DNA of 64,000 nt, from the NCBI GenBank assembly GCA_964016885.1, contig OZ024743.1, positions 235,724,001 to 235,788,000 of the forward strand, in the 5' to 3' direction. The notes under the pieces were generated by a model. It was not told the origin of the DNA and did not search any database. It worked only from the letters and a program-made list of their open reading frames with translations. This DNA is from Eledone cirrhosa. Its lineage: Eukaryota. Positions 1 to 15,037 of this stretch are shown here, in pieces (position 1 is the stretch's first letter; every line of letters starts with the position of its first letter). Position numbers and translations under genes: made by a program.

Positions 1-79
1 GCTGACTGTCCAAGAGTACCTTACTTACTGTGGTTACCCCCGATTGAACCCGGAATAACTTATATATATATATATATAT

Positions 80-600
80 ATTTAGGTTTGTTGGTTCACC
101 ACTGGATAGAACTGGTCATTCTGTATAGTCAACCTTGATGTAATATTAAGGAGACCACTCGACGTAATGCAACTCACCCGTCTTCGTTTGTGTTGTTGGT
201 GGTGCGAGTACTGACTTAATTATTATAAAATAACAGGAGGCTGGACTGGTGTAATTCCTTAAAGGTTTATTATACTATGAACATTTCAATGACCGGGTTC
301 AGTATGAATCCGGTGATATCATCAGGTATTCGAAATTTAACAAAGGAATATAATAGACACAATCCATGGGGCTGAAAAAGCAGAGAGACGAGAAGGCGGC
401 CAAACAATTAGCAGTTGCCAGTCCGGTTGGCCGCCTTCAAGTGAGGACTACTAAGTCTTGTTATGTCTTTCTGGAGAAGGGCCATAAGCTTAGTACTACT
501 ACCACCCTGTCATGGACAGAGGCTAGCGGTGGTATCAGGTTACATTGAAGTTGGTCAGAAGTGCTAAAAAGTGCTAAGAAATATATTTTTTCAAAAAACA
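80..600 (-). mobile_element. Penelope-like element (PLE) 3' non-coding end with hammerhead, abutting (TA)n
   Basis: Hammerhead core on the minus strand at 272-329; ends at the (TA)n tract 60-82. Bases 1-60 (gagtaccttacttactgtggttacccc) match PLE-like tails at 18400 and 45735. Boundaries approximate. Confidence 0.55.
272..329 (-). ncRNA. Type I hammerhead ribozyme
   Basis: Reverse complement reads ATAC-CTGATGA-[stem II atcaccgg..ttca/tgaa..ccggtcat]-GAA-ATG-TT-CAT-A-GTAT. All core nucleotides present; stem I ATAC/GTAT, stem III ATG/CAT; AUA cleavage triplet. Confidence 0.7.
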
Positions 601-867
601 TATCTTTAACAAAACTATATAGTGTGGGCGCCTGTACAGTATATTTTTTATTGTAGGGTCAGAAATTACGATTAAAGATTAGAAATGTAAAATTTATGTT
701 TAGAATTAAAAGATGTCATTTAAGGTAAGATTAGAAAACTAAGATTTAGGTTTAAAGTTGGGAGATTTAGTTAAAGAATTTACAGAAGGAGGCGTTTATG
801 AAAAGGTTAAGTGTATTATTGGCAGTCACAAAGTTTCAGGGTAGAATATAAAGTTAAGATTAAGATA

Positions 868-1085
868 TATCATCATCATCATCAGGTTTAGCGTCCGTGT
901 TCCACGCTTGCATGGGTTTGGACGGGGGGTTTTCCCACTTGAGGCAAGAGTGGTTGTCTTGCTCGCATAGGACTGTCTGGCGGGTTTTCTACAGTTGGAT
1001 GCCCTTCCTAACACCAACCACATTTACAGTGTGGGGCTGGGAGGTTTTTACCGTGTTGCCTACACGGCCACATTACAGCGTGGAT
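868..1085 (-). mobile_element. RTE-type LINE 3' UTR fragment
   Basis: (CAT)n tail plus sequence near-identical to 38425-38640 and 37150-37370, which continue into RTE ORF sequence. Confidence 0.8.
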
Positions 1086-2004
1086 ATATATATATATATA
1101 TTAAAATACAAAGAATTGAAATGCAACAGCTTTAGATAGTATATGCTATCCTTAGGGCACATGTCCTTCTTGTTCTTTTAGGTGGTGCCATGGTATCTTG
1201 ATGTTTGGTAAAGAGAAGTGGGGTAGCCAAATTCTTCTGTGCTGGTGTTTGTCACAACCTTTGCTGTATCTGTTGCGAATCTGGGTGGATCTCATTCTGC
1301 ACACAGGTCATTTTAGCAATGTAGGGAAGAGCAGAATCATGGTGTACAAATGTAGAGGAGAACTTAGCATCAGCTTCTGTGTAGGCCTACATTAAGTTTC
1401 TTAGGTGTTGGGGGACTCAAATATTTTCTACCCCCAGGAGCCTCTAGTTGCTTTTATGTGGCCCTGATCATGTATTTTAAGTACACCCAATGCATCTTTC
1501 ACCTTGAGGTAAAACACACTCCATTCAAATATCTTTTATAACAGACTATGAGAGAATTAGTTTGATGGAACAAACATATGACCAAAGGGGTTCTAACCAT
1601 GACATTAGGCCTTTCTCTATATCCAATACAATTTAACCTTGAAGTAAAACACACAAAATTTCCAACCCACACGTATAGCAGCCAAAGAGAAAATCAGTTC
1701 ATTTTATCATCCAAAATAACAACTTACTGACACCAGAGGTGAATGAATGACCTCAAAATTTAAACAGTTGACCTTCAAAGTAACCTCTGACAACAAAGGT
1801 CAATTGAAGCTCCACTACCTGTCTATAAGACAGTTAAAAGAAACTCATCAGTCATTGAGTACAGCAGTTCTCTATGTATAGGTCTAATAACATCATAAGA
1901 TATTTACAATTAACTTGTAATTTAATCCTTCTGTGCAACAGGTGTGTTAAAATATGCTTCTTCTGACAGACTGACACATTACCAAACTTTGCTAATTTTC
2001 AAAT

Positions 2005-3275
2005 ATATCATCATCATCATTTAACGGCTATCTTCCACGCTAGCATGGGTTTAGACGGGAATTGTCCCACTTGAGCGCAAGATTGGTTGTCTCGCTCATA
2101 TGGGACTTTCTTTTAGGTTTTCTACAGCTGGATGCCTTTCCTAACACCAACCACGTTTACAGTGTGGACTTGGAGGTTTTTACCGTGTTACCTACACGGC
2201 CACATTACAGCGTGGACTGTGTGTTTTTTTGTCGTGACACCTACCCAACCTCATTTATTTTTGACTGGATGTTGTGGTACCAACATAACTTTACAGAGAA
2301 ATGGGTGGTGTTGATGGGGGGTGGGGTGAGGGAGTTGGGTAGTGGGAGGCATGTGCATATTTGATTAAGAGGTGCCTACTGACTGTAGGTTTCGCTTTGT
2401 ACATAGCCAAGACAGGTCTTCTGTATTACTGTGTAGCGCCAAAGATCTCGGTCCAGCAATAATGTCTTAGAGAGGTGCAAGTGTGTAAGGTCAGAATTTA
2501 TCAAATCGTCCTAGGTTTTTCTGGGTCTACCTACTCCGTAACTTCCGTCAATTTTGATAGCCCTGCACTTTTTTATACAGCTGTCGTCTTTCATGCGCAT
2601 CACGTGACCATACCAACGTAGTCTTCTCTCGAGTAAACAGCATCTGATCCCTCTTATACCTAATTTCTCACTTAGTTCCTTTATGCTTTGCTGTTCACGT
2701 ATATTACTATTACACATCCAGCGGAGCATGCATGCTTCGTTCCTCTCCAGTCTGCGCAGATCCTCTGCACACAATGCCCATGTCTCACTGCCATTTCACA
2801 TAGCTGTTCATATGCAGGCATCATACAATCTGCCTTTCATTTTTAGAGAGAAACCTTTTGTGGCCAACAGTGGTATAAGCTCTCTGAACTTTTTTCCACC
2901 CCGTTCTGACTCTGGCTACTGTACTTTCGGAGCACCCTCTACCACTGCTGATTTTGTCACCCAGGTAATGGAAGGTGTCCACTATTTCTATAGAGCCATC
3001 TGGGCAATAGAAGGAGCTAGTATCCTGTGAGCACTTGCTACCTATTGCACCTGAGCACCGGCCACATATAAAATCTACATTCTTAGATAGCTTAACTGTG
3101 ATCCCACTACATCTTTTATGCACCCATACTTTGCATTTGGGACATAAAATGGAATTTCTGCCTCCTCCTTTCCTACACACTGAGCATAGCCATTTTCCAG
3201 AGGGGACCTGTGCCTTATTTTCCTTCCTATATACTAGAACTTTAGTCTTAGACAAGTTAAAATAAAGCCGGATAC
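2005..3275 (-). mobile_element. 5'-truncated, frameshifted RTE-clade LINE (RT C-terminus with embedded PHD finger, plus 3' UTR)
   Basis: Translations NLSKTKVL..CSVC..CPKC..WVHKRC..FICGRC..IEIVDTFHYLG and RRLRWYGHVMRM..GRPRKT are typical RTE C-terminal motifs. (GAT)n tail at 2005-2020. Confidence 0.85.
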
Positions 3276-3334
3276 ATAACATATTTCATTGTTTCATTAC
3301 CATAATTCTAGTGAAAGACATTACTCTTCTTTTT

Positions 3335-3650
3335 CTTCTTTGCCCACTTATTCCTGAAAGGCCGTGGGAGCAGTCCTCAAACACTTATTCCTGTGGGTCC
3401 TGTCAGAAGCAATCTTCTCCAACTGATCCAGCTCAAGGATGTTATGCAACCATCTTGCTCAGGGTCTTCCTCTGCATATGTTGCCAGCTGGTTTTGCCCG
3501 TAAAATCTGTCCAGTGATTCTTTCCTGAGACATTCTAACCACATGTCCATAGTATCGGAGCTGTGATCTCTCAATTCAGAAAAGTAGCAGCTCTATATGG
3601 AGCAACTCTCTGCAGGTAGAGCCGCTTCCATTGCTCATATTCAAATAATT
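3335..3650 (-). mobile_element. Degenerate 3' fragment of a second RTE-like family
   Basis: Homologous to 27740-28140, which encodes YGHVVRLSQERIT..RPRGK..RWLDNI. Confidence 0.65.
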
Positions 3651-4307
3651 TTGAAAATATGCAAGAATTTAGAACCTACACCACCACCACCACCACCACT
3701 ACTGCCACCACCACCACTACCACTACCACCACCAGCAGTAAGATGTAAGCTCCGAACACATCTGTGGAGTCAGTACTTCTACTAGTCAACCCTTACTTGC
3801 AGGGAAGCAGATGATAAACACTAATGCTTTTGTTAAAGTGTTTAAATTTACATTTAAAGTGTTTAAATTTATCTAAAAAATTATTTAAGAACCAACTTAA
3901 TAATAAGAAAGTTATATTACTAAACCCTTCCAAATTCTTTATTTTCTCAACCAGTGTCTTCCATGAGAGATATATTAAAGGTTAAAGCATAACATGTGAA
4001 TTAGCTTCATTATGTTAAAAATCTTCAAAAACAAAAAAAACTTCAAGAAATCCTCTAAACATTTAGAGATTAATTTTTGTTAAATTTTAGAAAATTTTCA
4101 ATTGACAATAAATTGCTTAATCATCTTAAAATATTTAAAAATGTGTGTTTCTGTCTATTTGTGATGTCTGAGTTAAGATTAGATTAGAATGAACATCAGT
4201 TTAACTGGAACTGAATGACAGAGAAACATCATTTACAGGTAATATGGAATATTTAGTGGATGTCTTGTAACTTAATGGTTCAACTACTGGGGACAATATA
4301 CTTCACC

Positions 4308-6293
4308 TTAACCCTTTCATTACCATATTTCTAATGAAAGACACTACCTATGTTATTAACCCTTTCATTACCATATTTCTAATGAAAGACACTACCTATG
4401 TTATTAACCCTTTCATTACCATATTTCTAATGAAAGACACTGTCTATGTCTTTAACCCTTTCATTTCCATATTTCTAATGAAAGACACTGTCTATGTCTT
4501 TAACCCTTTCATTACCATATTTCTAATGAAAGACACTGTCTATGTCTTTAACCCTTTCATTTCCATATTTCTAATGAAAGACACTGTCTATGTCTTTAAC
4601 CCTTTCATTACCATATTTCTAATGAAAGACACTGTCTATGTCTTTAACCCTTTCATTACCATATTTCTAATGAAAGACACTGTCTATGTCTTTAACCCTT
4701 TCATTTCCATATTTCTAATGAAAGACACTGTCTATGTCTTTAACCCTTTCATTTCCATATTTCTAATGAAAGACACTGTCTATGTCTTTAACCCTTTCAT
4801 TTCCATATTTCTAATGAAAGACACTGTCTATGTCTTTAACCCTTTCATTTCCATATTTCTAATGAAAGACACTGTCTATGTCTTTAACCCTTTCATTACC
4901 ATATTTCTAATGAAAGACACTGTCTATGTCTTTAACCCTTTCATTTCCATATTTCTAATGAAAGACACTGTCTATGTCTTTAACCCTTTCATTTCCATAT
5001 TTCTAATGAAAGACACTGTCTATGTCTTTAACCCTTTCATTTCCATATTTCTAATGAAAGACACTGTCTATGTCTTTAACCCTTTCATTACCATATTTCT
5101 AATGAAAGACACTGTCTATGTCTTTAACCCTTTCATTACCATATTTCTAATGAAAGACACTGTCTATGTCTTTAACCCTTTCATTTCCATATTTCTAATG
5201 AAAGACACTGTCTATGTCTTTAACCCTTTCATTACCATATTTCTAATGAAAGACACTACCTATGTTATTAACCCTTTCATTACCATATTTCTAATGAAAG
5301 ACACTGTCTATGTCTTTAACCCTTTCATTTCCATATTTCTAATGAAAGACACTGTCTATGTCTTTAACCCTTTCATTTCCATATTTCTAATGAAAGACAC
5401 TGTCTATGTCTTTAACCCTTTCATTACCATATTTTTAATGAAAGACACTGTCTATGTCTTTAACCCTTTCATTTCCATATTTCTAATGAAAGACACTGTC
5501 TATGTCTTTAACCCTTTCATTACCATATTTCTCATGAAAGACACTGTCTATGTCTTTAACCCTTTCATTTCCATATTTCTAATGAAAGACACTGTCTATG
5601 TCTTTAACCCTTTCATTTCCATATTTCTAATGAAAGACACTGTCTATGTCTTTAACCCTTTCATTTCCATATTTCTAATGAAAGACACTGTCTATGTCTT
5701 TAACCCTTTCATTACCATATTTCTAATGAAAGACACTGTCTATGTCTTTAACCCTTTCATTACCATATTTCTAATGAAAGACACTGTCTATGTCTTTAAC
5801 CCTTTCATTTCCATATTTCTAATGAAAGACACTGTCTATGTCTTTAACCCTTTCATTACCATATTTCTAATGAAAGACACTACCTATGTTATTAACCCTT
5901 TCATTACCATATTTCTAATGAAAGACACTGTCTATGTCTTTAACCCTTTCATTTCCATATTTCTAATGAAAGACACTGTCTATGTCTTTAACCCTTTCAT
6001 TTCCATATTTCTAATGAAAGACACTGTCTATGTCTTTAACCCTTTCATTTCCATATTTCTAATGAAAGACACTGTCTATGTCTTTAACCCTTTCATTACC
6101 ATATTTCTAATGAAAGACACTGTCTATGTCTTTAACCCTTTCATTACCATATTTCTAATGAAAGACACTGTCTATGTCTTTAACCCTTTCATTTCCATAT
6201 TTCTAATGAAAGACACTGTCTATGTCTTTAACCCTTTCATTACCATATTTCTAATGAAAGACACTGTCTATGTCTTTAACCCTTTCATTACCA
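4308..6293. repeat. 48-bp minisatellite, about 41 copies
   Basis: Unit ttaaccctttcatt(a/t)ccatatttctaatgaaagacactgtctatgtct; explains the 16-aa repeat ORF 4334-6331. Confidence 0.97.
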
Positions 6294-6297
6294 TAGC

Positions 6298-6550
6298 TCT
6301 TTGGCAGTGGAGACTGTGTCCTTGGCCCTAACGCTACCTCCTTATTCACCACCATAGACGCTGAGCTAGCCAGCCACTGGTGTGAGCCTCGTGAGTTGGA
6401 ATGGCTCTTTCAGTGCATCTCCCTTATCATCCTCCGGGGAAACGCCATCTCCACCCTGTCCGCCGGGGCTGTGCGAAGGCCAGCACGTGGGACCCCATTT
6501 GCTCACCATACGGATTAATAGGCAAAGTTATAAACTATTGTAAAAAAACA
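6298..6550 (+). mobile_element. 3' fragment of an RLE-bearing (CRE-like) non-LTR retrotransposon
   Basis: With one frameshift reads LAVET/VLGPNATSLFTTIDAELASHWCEPRELEWLFQCISLIILRGNAISTL. This matches the P-AVET-G...Q-IS--I-RGNA C-terminus of restriction-like-endonuclease LINEs. A-rich sequence follows. Confidence 0.7.
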
Positions 6551-7149
6551 TATTTAAATTAAAAAAAAACCCCAAAACCAAAGACATTCTATTCTAATTA
6601 ACTAATTAAATTAATTAATGAAGAATTTTGAGGGTTTTACTAAAATTATTATTTCAATACTAAGATAGTAACTTAATGTAAGGTTCTTATATAAAATTAT
6701 GTTGGAAGATTTTAATTTAAATTGGAAACCTTTAAAATGTGTGGTTTTATTTCATAGAACCAGAGCTGGTTTTGGCTGGGTTAGTAACTAAAGGGTTAAT
6801 AATGATTATAATAGAATTGTACTATTGTTTCTACAATGGCAAAGCTCTTGAAGAAAAGTAGCACAGTGAAGTTCTCACACTCATTCTTGTTTAGAAACAG
6901 GAAACGAACACAGAAGTACTTTTCACAGGATATATTGGAGTGGTCACTATTAAGAAAACACAGCCATTTCTTTAGACTACCCCCAACATTGTCAACACCA
7001 CACAATACCACACCACTGCCACTACACTACCTACCCCACATACCACCACCACACCACCCTGTAACTTCAACCTTCTCGATGACATACCTCAAGTCCCACT
7101 GACCTTTATTGTCTACAGTGTTAAGTATTTAGATTTTAATTACATAAAC

Positions 7150-7740
7150 CACTACACACATATACACACACACACAATCTCTCTCATACACACACTATCT
7201 CTCACATACACACACACTATCTCTCTCACACACACACACTATCTCTCTCACACACACACCCCATCTCTCTCCCACACACACACACTATCTCTCACATACA
7301 CACACTATCTCTCTCACACACACACACACACACACGCACACACTATCTCTCACACATACACACACTATCTCTCTCATAGTCTAGCCCGTCTCACACACAC
7401 ATGTCTTCTCTCTCATATACACACACACACCTTCCTTCTCCACTCCCTCACATACACACCTTTATCACATACACACACACATGCCTTCTCTCTCACACAT
7501 ACTCTGTTTCCTCCTCTCTCTACCATACTCTTAATACCCCCTTCTCTCTCTACCATACTCCCAATACCCCCCCCCCCCCTCTACCATACTCCCAATACCC
7601 CCCTCTCTCTACCATACTCTTAATACCCCCTTCTCTCTCACTACCATACTCCCAATACCCCCTCTCACTACCATACTCCCAATACCCTTCCTATCTCTCA
7701 CTACCATACTCCCAATACCCCCCCCCCCTCTCTCTATCAC
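7150..7740. repeat. Compound (CA)n/(CT)n microsatellite and about 30-bp ctaccatactcccaataccccc tandem
   Basis: Seen directly. Confidence 0.9.
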
Positions 7741-7901
7741 ACCCTTCAAAAACAACCATCTTCACTCTCTGCTGTGGTTTATGTCTTGGATGATGATGAT
7801 GATGGTGGTGGTGTCAATGGTTGTGGCAGTAGTAGTGGTAGTAGTAGTAGCAGTTCCTAATTTAAGCACAAGGCCAGCAATTTTAGAGAGCAGAAAGTTG
7901 A

Positions 7902-8125
7902 TTAACCCTTTACTATTTACATTACTCTATATATTTTATTGTATTTTCAAGGTAAAAGCTTTACCTCACATAATATCTCACATATTATCGAATCTATGAG
8001 ATTTTGATATTTATTTTGAGAACCATACCTTAACATCAGTATGAGCAGCCAATTACAGCTGGTTGGACATAAAGAGGTTTAGGGAATTAGGCCGGATATG
8101 TCCAGTTTAAATGCTAAAGAGTTAA
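7902..8125. mobile_element. piggyBac-like MITE (second family) inserted into a SINE
   Basis: TTAACCCTTTA...TAAAGAGTTAA. The flanks rejoin to the SINE motif (a)ttaaatcaaccccagt seen uninterrupted at 12429-12445, showing a TTAA duplication. Confidence 0.75.
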
Positions 8126-8534
8126 ATCAACCCCAGTACTTGACTGTTAGTTTATTTTATGAAGTCAGGAAAGTCGACCATGGCAGGATTTGAACTGAGG
8201 TAAAACAGTTCCAATATTAACAGGAGTACTAGGGTGGTGATTGGCAGAATCGGTAGAGTGTCGGACATGTTTTTGGCATAGGGTTACCACCCTTTACAAT
8301 TAATTTTTCTAGGTTGTCTGTTGATTTAAAAAAAAAACAGAATTACTCAGTTTACATATTGAGACCCCCAACCCATCCTATTTTATAACATATGGGATTT
8401 CTAGTAATGTACTTGTTTGTCATGTATGTTTTGTAATGTCTAAAGAAAATTAATTGTTGCAGGAATGCTACCACTTATAATAAAATTTCACCGAAGACAG
8501 ATTAGTAAAATTAGAGTGGGAGTGTGTGTGGAAA

Positions 8535-8887
8535 AATCTGAAAACTTAATAAGAGGGAGTGGGGCATTATTGGAGACCTAAAATTAGGTGACCAGCTGTT
8601 GGGGGAGGGGGGGGGGGAAGAGGTGAGGAGGAGGGAACTATTTGAGACACGAGAGTAGATAAAAAGAAACAATATCAGATGAGAATTTCCAAGGTAAACC
8701 TCCAAAACCTCTAAATCTGAAAACTTAATAAGAGGGAGTGGGGCATTATTGGAGACCTAAAATTAGGTGACCAGCTGTTGGGGGAGGGGGGGGGGGAAGA
8801 GGTGAGGAGGAGGGAACTATTTGAGACACGAGAGTAGATAAAAAGAAACAATATCAGATGAGAATTTCCAAGGTAAACCTCCAAAAC
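8535..8887. repeat. Perfect-looking tandem duplication of about 178 bp
   Basis: aaatctgaaaacttaataagagggag...ggtaaacctccaaaac occurs twice back to back. Confidence 0.9.
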
Positions 8888-8904
8888 TAAGCTGCTGCAG
8901 TAAG

Positions 8905-10505
8905 ACAGGCAATACTCCCTCACATATATACAACAGGTAATACTACCTCACCTGTCTCACCTCACATAAATATAACAGGTAATACTCCCTCACCTCACAT
9001 ATATATAACATGTAATATTACCTCACCTCACATATAACAAGTAATACTCCCTCACCTGTCTCACCTCACATAACAGGTAATACTCCCTCACCTGTCTCAT
9101 CACATATAACAGGTAGTACTCCCTCACCTGTCCCACCTCACATAACAGGTAATACTCCCTCACCTGTCTCACCTCACTTATAACAACAGGTAATACTCCC
9201 TCACCTGTCTGACCTCACATATAACAACAGGTAATACTCCCTCACCTGTCTCATCACATATAACAACAGGTAATACTCCCTCACCTGCCTCACCTCACTT
9301 ATAACAACAGGTAATACTCCCTCACCTGCCTCACCTCACATAACAGGTAATACTTCCTCACCTGCCTCACCTCACATAACAGGTAATACTTCCTCACCTG
9401 TCTCACCTCACATAACAGGTAATACTTCCTCACCTGTCTCACCTCACATATAACAGGTAATACTTCCTCACCTGTCTCACCTCACATATAACAGGTAATA
9501 CTCCCTCACCTGTCTCACCTCACATATAACAGGTAATACTCCCTCACCTGTCTCACCTCACATATAACAGGTAATACTCCCTCACCTGTCTCACCTCACA
9601 TAACAGGTAATACTCCCTCACCTGTCTCACCTCACATATAACAACAGGTAATACTCCTTCACCTGTCTCACCTCACATATAACAACAGGTAATACTCCTT
9701 CACCTGTCTCACCTCACATATAACAACAGGTAATACTCCCTCACCTGTCTGACCTCACATATAACAGGTAATACTCCCTCACCTGTCTCACCTCACATAA
9801 CAGGTAATACTCCCTCACCTGTCTCACCTCACATATAACAACAAGTAATGCTTCCTCACCTGTCTCACCTCACATATAACAGGTGATACTCCCTCACCTG
9901 TCTCACCTCACATAACAGGTAATACTTCCTCACCTGTCTCACCTCACATATAACAACAGGTAATACTCCCTCACCTGTCTCACCTCACATATAACAACAG
10001 GTAATGCTTCCTCACCTGTCTCACCTCACATATAACAGGTAATACTCCCTCACCTGTCTCACCTCACATATAACAACAGGTAATACTCCCTCACCTGTCT
10101 CACCTCACATAACAGGTAATACTCCCTCACCTGTCTCACCTCACATATAACAACAGGTAATGCTTCCTCACCTGTCTCACCTCACATATAACAACAGGTA
10201 ATACTCCTTCACCTGTCTCACCTCACATATAACAGGTAATGCTTCCTCACCTGTCTCACCTCACATATAACAACAGGTAATACTCCCTCACCTGTCTCAC
10301 CTTACATATAACAACAGGTAATACTCCCTCACCTGTCTCACCTCACATATAACAACAGGTAATGCTTCCTCACCTGTCTCACCTCACATAACAACAGGTA
10401 ATACTCCCTCACCTGTCTCACCTCACATATATATAACAGGTAATACTCCCTCACCTGTCTCACCTCACATAACAGGTAATACTCCCTCACCTGTCTCACC
10501 TCACT
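8905..10505. repeat. 36-41-bp minisatellite, about 40 copies
   Basis: Unit aacaggtaatactccctcacctgtctcacctcacat(at)(aac). Confidence 0.97.
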
Positions 10506-10509
10506 TCAA

Positions 10510-12600
<2,091 letters not shown>

Positions 12601-12699
12601 GATGTTAAGATAATGAAAACTGTGGTAGAATATAGTAACTTCCTAGTTATATATTTGGTGTTTGATAGGGAAAGGTTCTTACAAAATATTGTAATGTAA

Positions 12700-13222
12700 G
12701 GTTGAGGCAGCAAACTGGCAGTCATTAGAATGTCAGATGTTTTGTGGTATTCAATCCAGCTCTCTGAGTTCAAACCACGCTGAGGTCAACTTTTACCTTT
12801 TATTATTTCAAAGTCGAGGGCAGTGGATTGGCAGTATTTGTAGAGCATCAGACACCTTGCTATGCAGCACAGAGTTATACCCCTTTACGTTCTGACTTCA
12901 AATCCCGCCGAGGTTAGCTTTACCTTTCATCCTTACAGGGATCGATAAAATAAAGTACCAGCAACACAATGGGGTCGATTTAATTGAACTCCCCTCTCCC
13001 TCCAATTGCTGGCCAATTATTTCAAGGTGGAGGGCGGTGGATTGGCAGTATCGGTAGAGGGTCAGATGCCATGCTTTGCAGCATAGAGTTACACCCCTTT
13101 ATGGTATGAGTTGAAATCCCACCATGGTAAACTTTACCTTTCATCCTTACGGGGTCAATAAAATAAAGTACCAGTAATGTACTGGGATAATTGCTGGCCT
13201 TGTGCCAAAATTGGAAACAATT
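12700..13222 (+). mobile_element. Three head-to-tail or nested plus-strand tRNA-SINEs
   Basis: Repeated ggcggtggattggcagtat...gttcaaatccc...ctttcatccttac...aaagtaccag units. Confidence 0.85.
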
Positions 13223-13329
13223 ATTTCAAGGTCGATAACAAAAGTACCAGTCCATTAATGGGGCTCAATTCTTCCTCTATCTCTTTCTCTCATTCTCTTT
13301 TCTTCTTTGAAAGAAATCAGCTGCATTCA

Positions 13330-15037
13330 GACCTGAGACTACACTCTAGTAAACATTAATTTACACCTGAGGCTACACAGGTACAGAGCCCACTCTAGTA
13401 AACATTAATTTACACCTGAGGCTACACAGGTACAGTCCACTCTAGTAAACATTAATTTACACCTGAGGCTACACAGGTACAGAGCCCACTCTAGTAAACA
13501 TTAATTTACACCTGAGGCTACACAGGTACAGAGTCCACTCTAGTAAACATTTATTTACACCTGAGGTTACACAGGTACAGAGCCCACTCTAGTAAACATT
13601 AATTTACACCTGAGGCTACACAGGTACAGAGCCCACTCTAGTAAACATTTATTTACACCTGAGGCTACACAGGTACAGAGTCCATTCTAGTAAACATTAA
13701 TTTACACCTGAGGCTACACAGGTACAGAGCCCACTCTAGTAAACATTAATTTACACCTGAGGCTACACAGGTACAGAGTCCACTCTAGTAAACATTTATT
13801 TACACCTGAGGTTACACAGGTACAGAGCCCACTCTAGTAAACATTAATTTACACCTGAGGCTACACAGGTACAGAGCCCACTCTAGTAAACATTTATTTA
13901 CACCTGAGGCTACACAGGTACAGAGTCCATTCTAGTAAACATTAATTTACACCTGAGGCTACACAGGTACAGAGCCCACTCTAGTAAACATTAATTTACA
14001 CCCGAGGCTACACAGGTACAGAGCCCACTCTAGTAAACATTTATTTACACCTGAGGCTACACAGATACAGAGCCCACTCTAGTAAACATTTATTTACACC
14101 TGAGGCTACACAGGTACAGTCCACTCTAATAAACATTAATTTACACCTGAGGCTACACAGGTACAGTCCACTCTAATAAACATTAATTTACACCTGAGGC
14201 TACACAGGTACAGAGTCCACTCTAGTAAAGATTTATTTACACCTGAGGCTACACAGGTACAGAGCCCACTCTAGTAAACATTTATTTACACCTGAGGCTA
14301 CACAGGTACAGAGCCCACTCTAGTAAACATTTATTTACACCTGAGGCTACACAGGTACAGTCCACTCTAATAAACATTTATTTACACCTGAGGTTACACA
14401 GGTACAGAGTCCACTCTAGTAAACATTAATTTACACCTGAGGCTACACAGGTACAGAGCCCACTTTAGTAAACATTAATTTACACCTGAGGCTACACAGG
14501 TACAGAGCCCACTCTAGTAAACATTTATTTACACCTGAGGCTACACAGGTACAGTCCACTCTAGTAAACATTAATTTACACCTGAGGCTACACAGGTACA
14601 GAGCCCACTTTAGTAAACATTAATTTACACCTGAGGCTACACAGGTACAGAGCCCACTCTAGTAAACATTAATTTACACCTGAGGCTACACAGGTACAGA
14701 GCCCACTCTAGTAAACATTAATTTACACCTGAGGCTACACAGGTACAGAGTCCACTCTAGTAAACATTTATTTACACCTGAGGCTACACAGGTACAGTCC
14801 ACTCTAATAAACATTAATTTACACCTGAGGCTACACAGGTACAGAGCCCACTCTAGTAAACATTAATTTACACCTGAGGCTACACAGGTACAGAGTCCAC
14901 TCTAGTAAACATTAATTTACACCTGAGGCTACACAGGTACAGAGTACACTCTAGTAAACATTAATTTACACCTGAGGCTACACAGGTACAGTCCACTCTA
15001 GTAAACATTAATTTACACCTGAGGCTACACAGGTACA
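13330..15037. repeat. 47/49-bp minisatellite, about 35 copies
   Basis: Unit ccactctagtaaacattaatttacacctgaggctacacaggtacag(ag)c. Confidence 0.97.

Larger units (their letters stand above)
4308..6799 (+). mobile_element. piggyBac-like MITE (TTAA-CCCTTT...AAAGGG-TTAA) expanded by an internal tandem array and an insertion
   Basis: TTAACCCTTT at 4308 and AAAGGGTTAA at 6790-6799. Body 6600-6799 matches the copy at 60840-61015. Confidence 0.65.

Noticed and set aside
4334-6331. 665-aa ORF
   Set aside because: Translation of a stop-free 48-bp tandem derived from a MITE end; no unique coding sequence or splice context.
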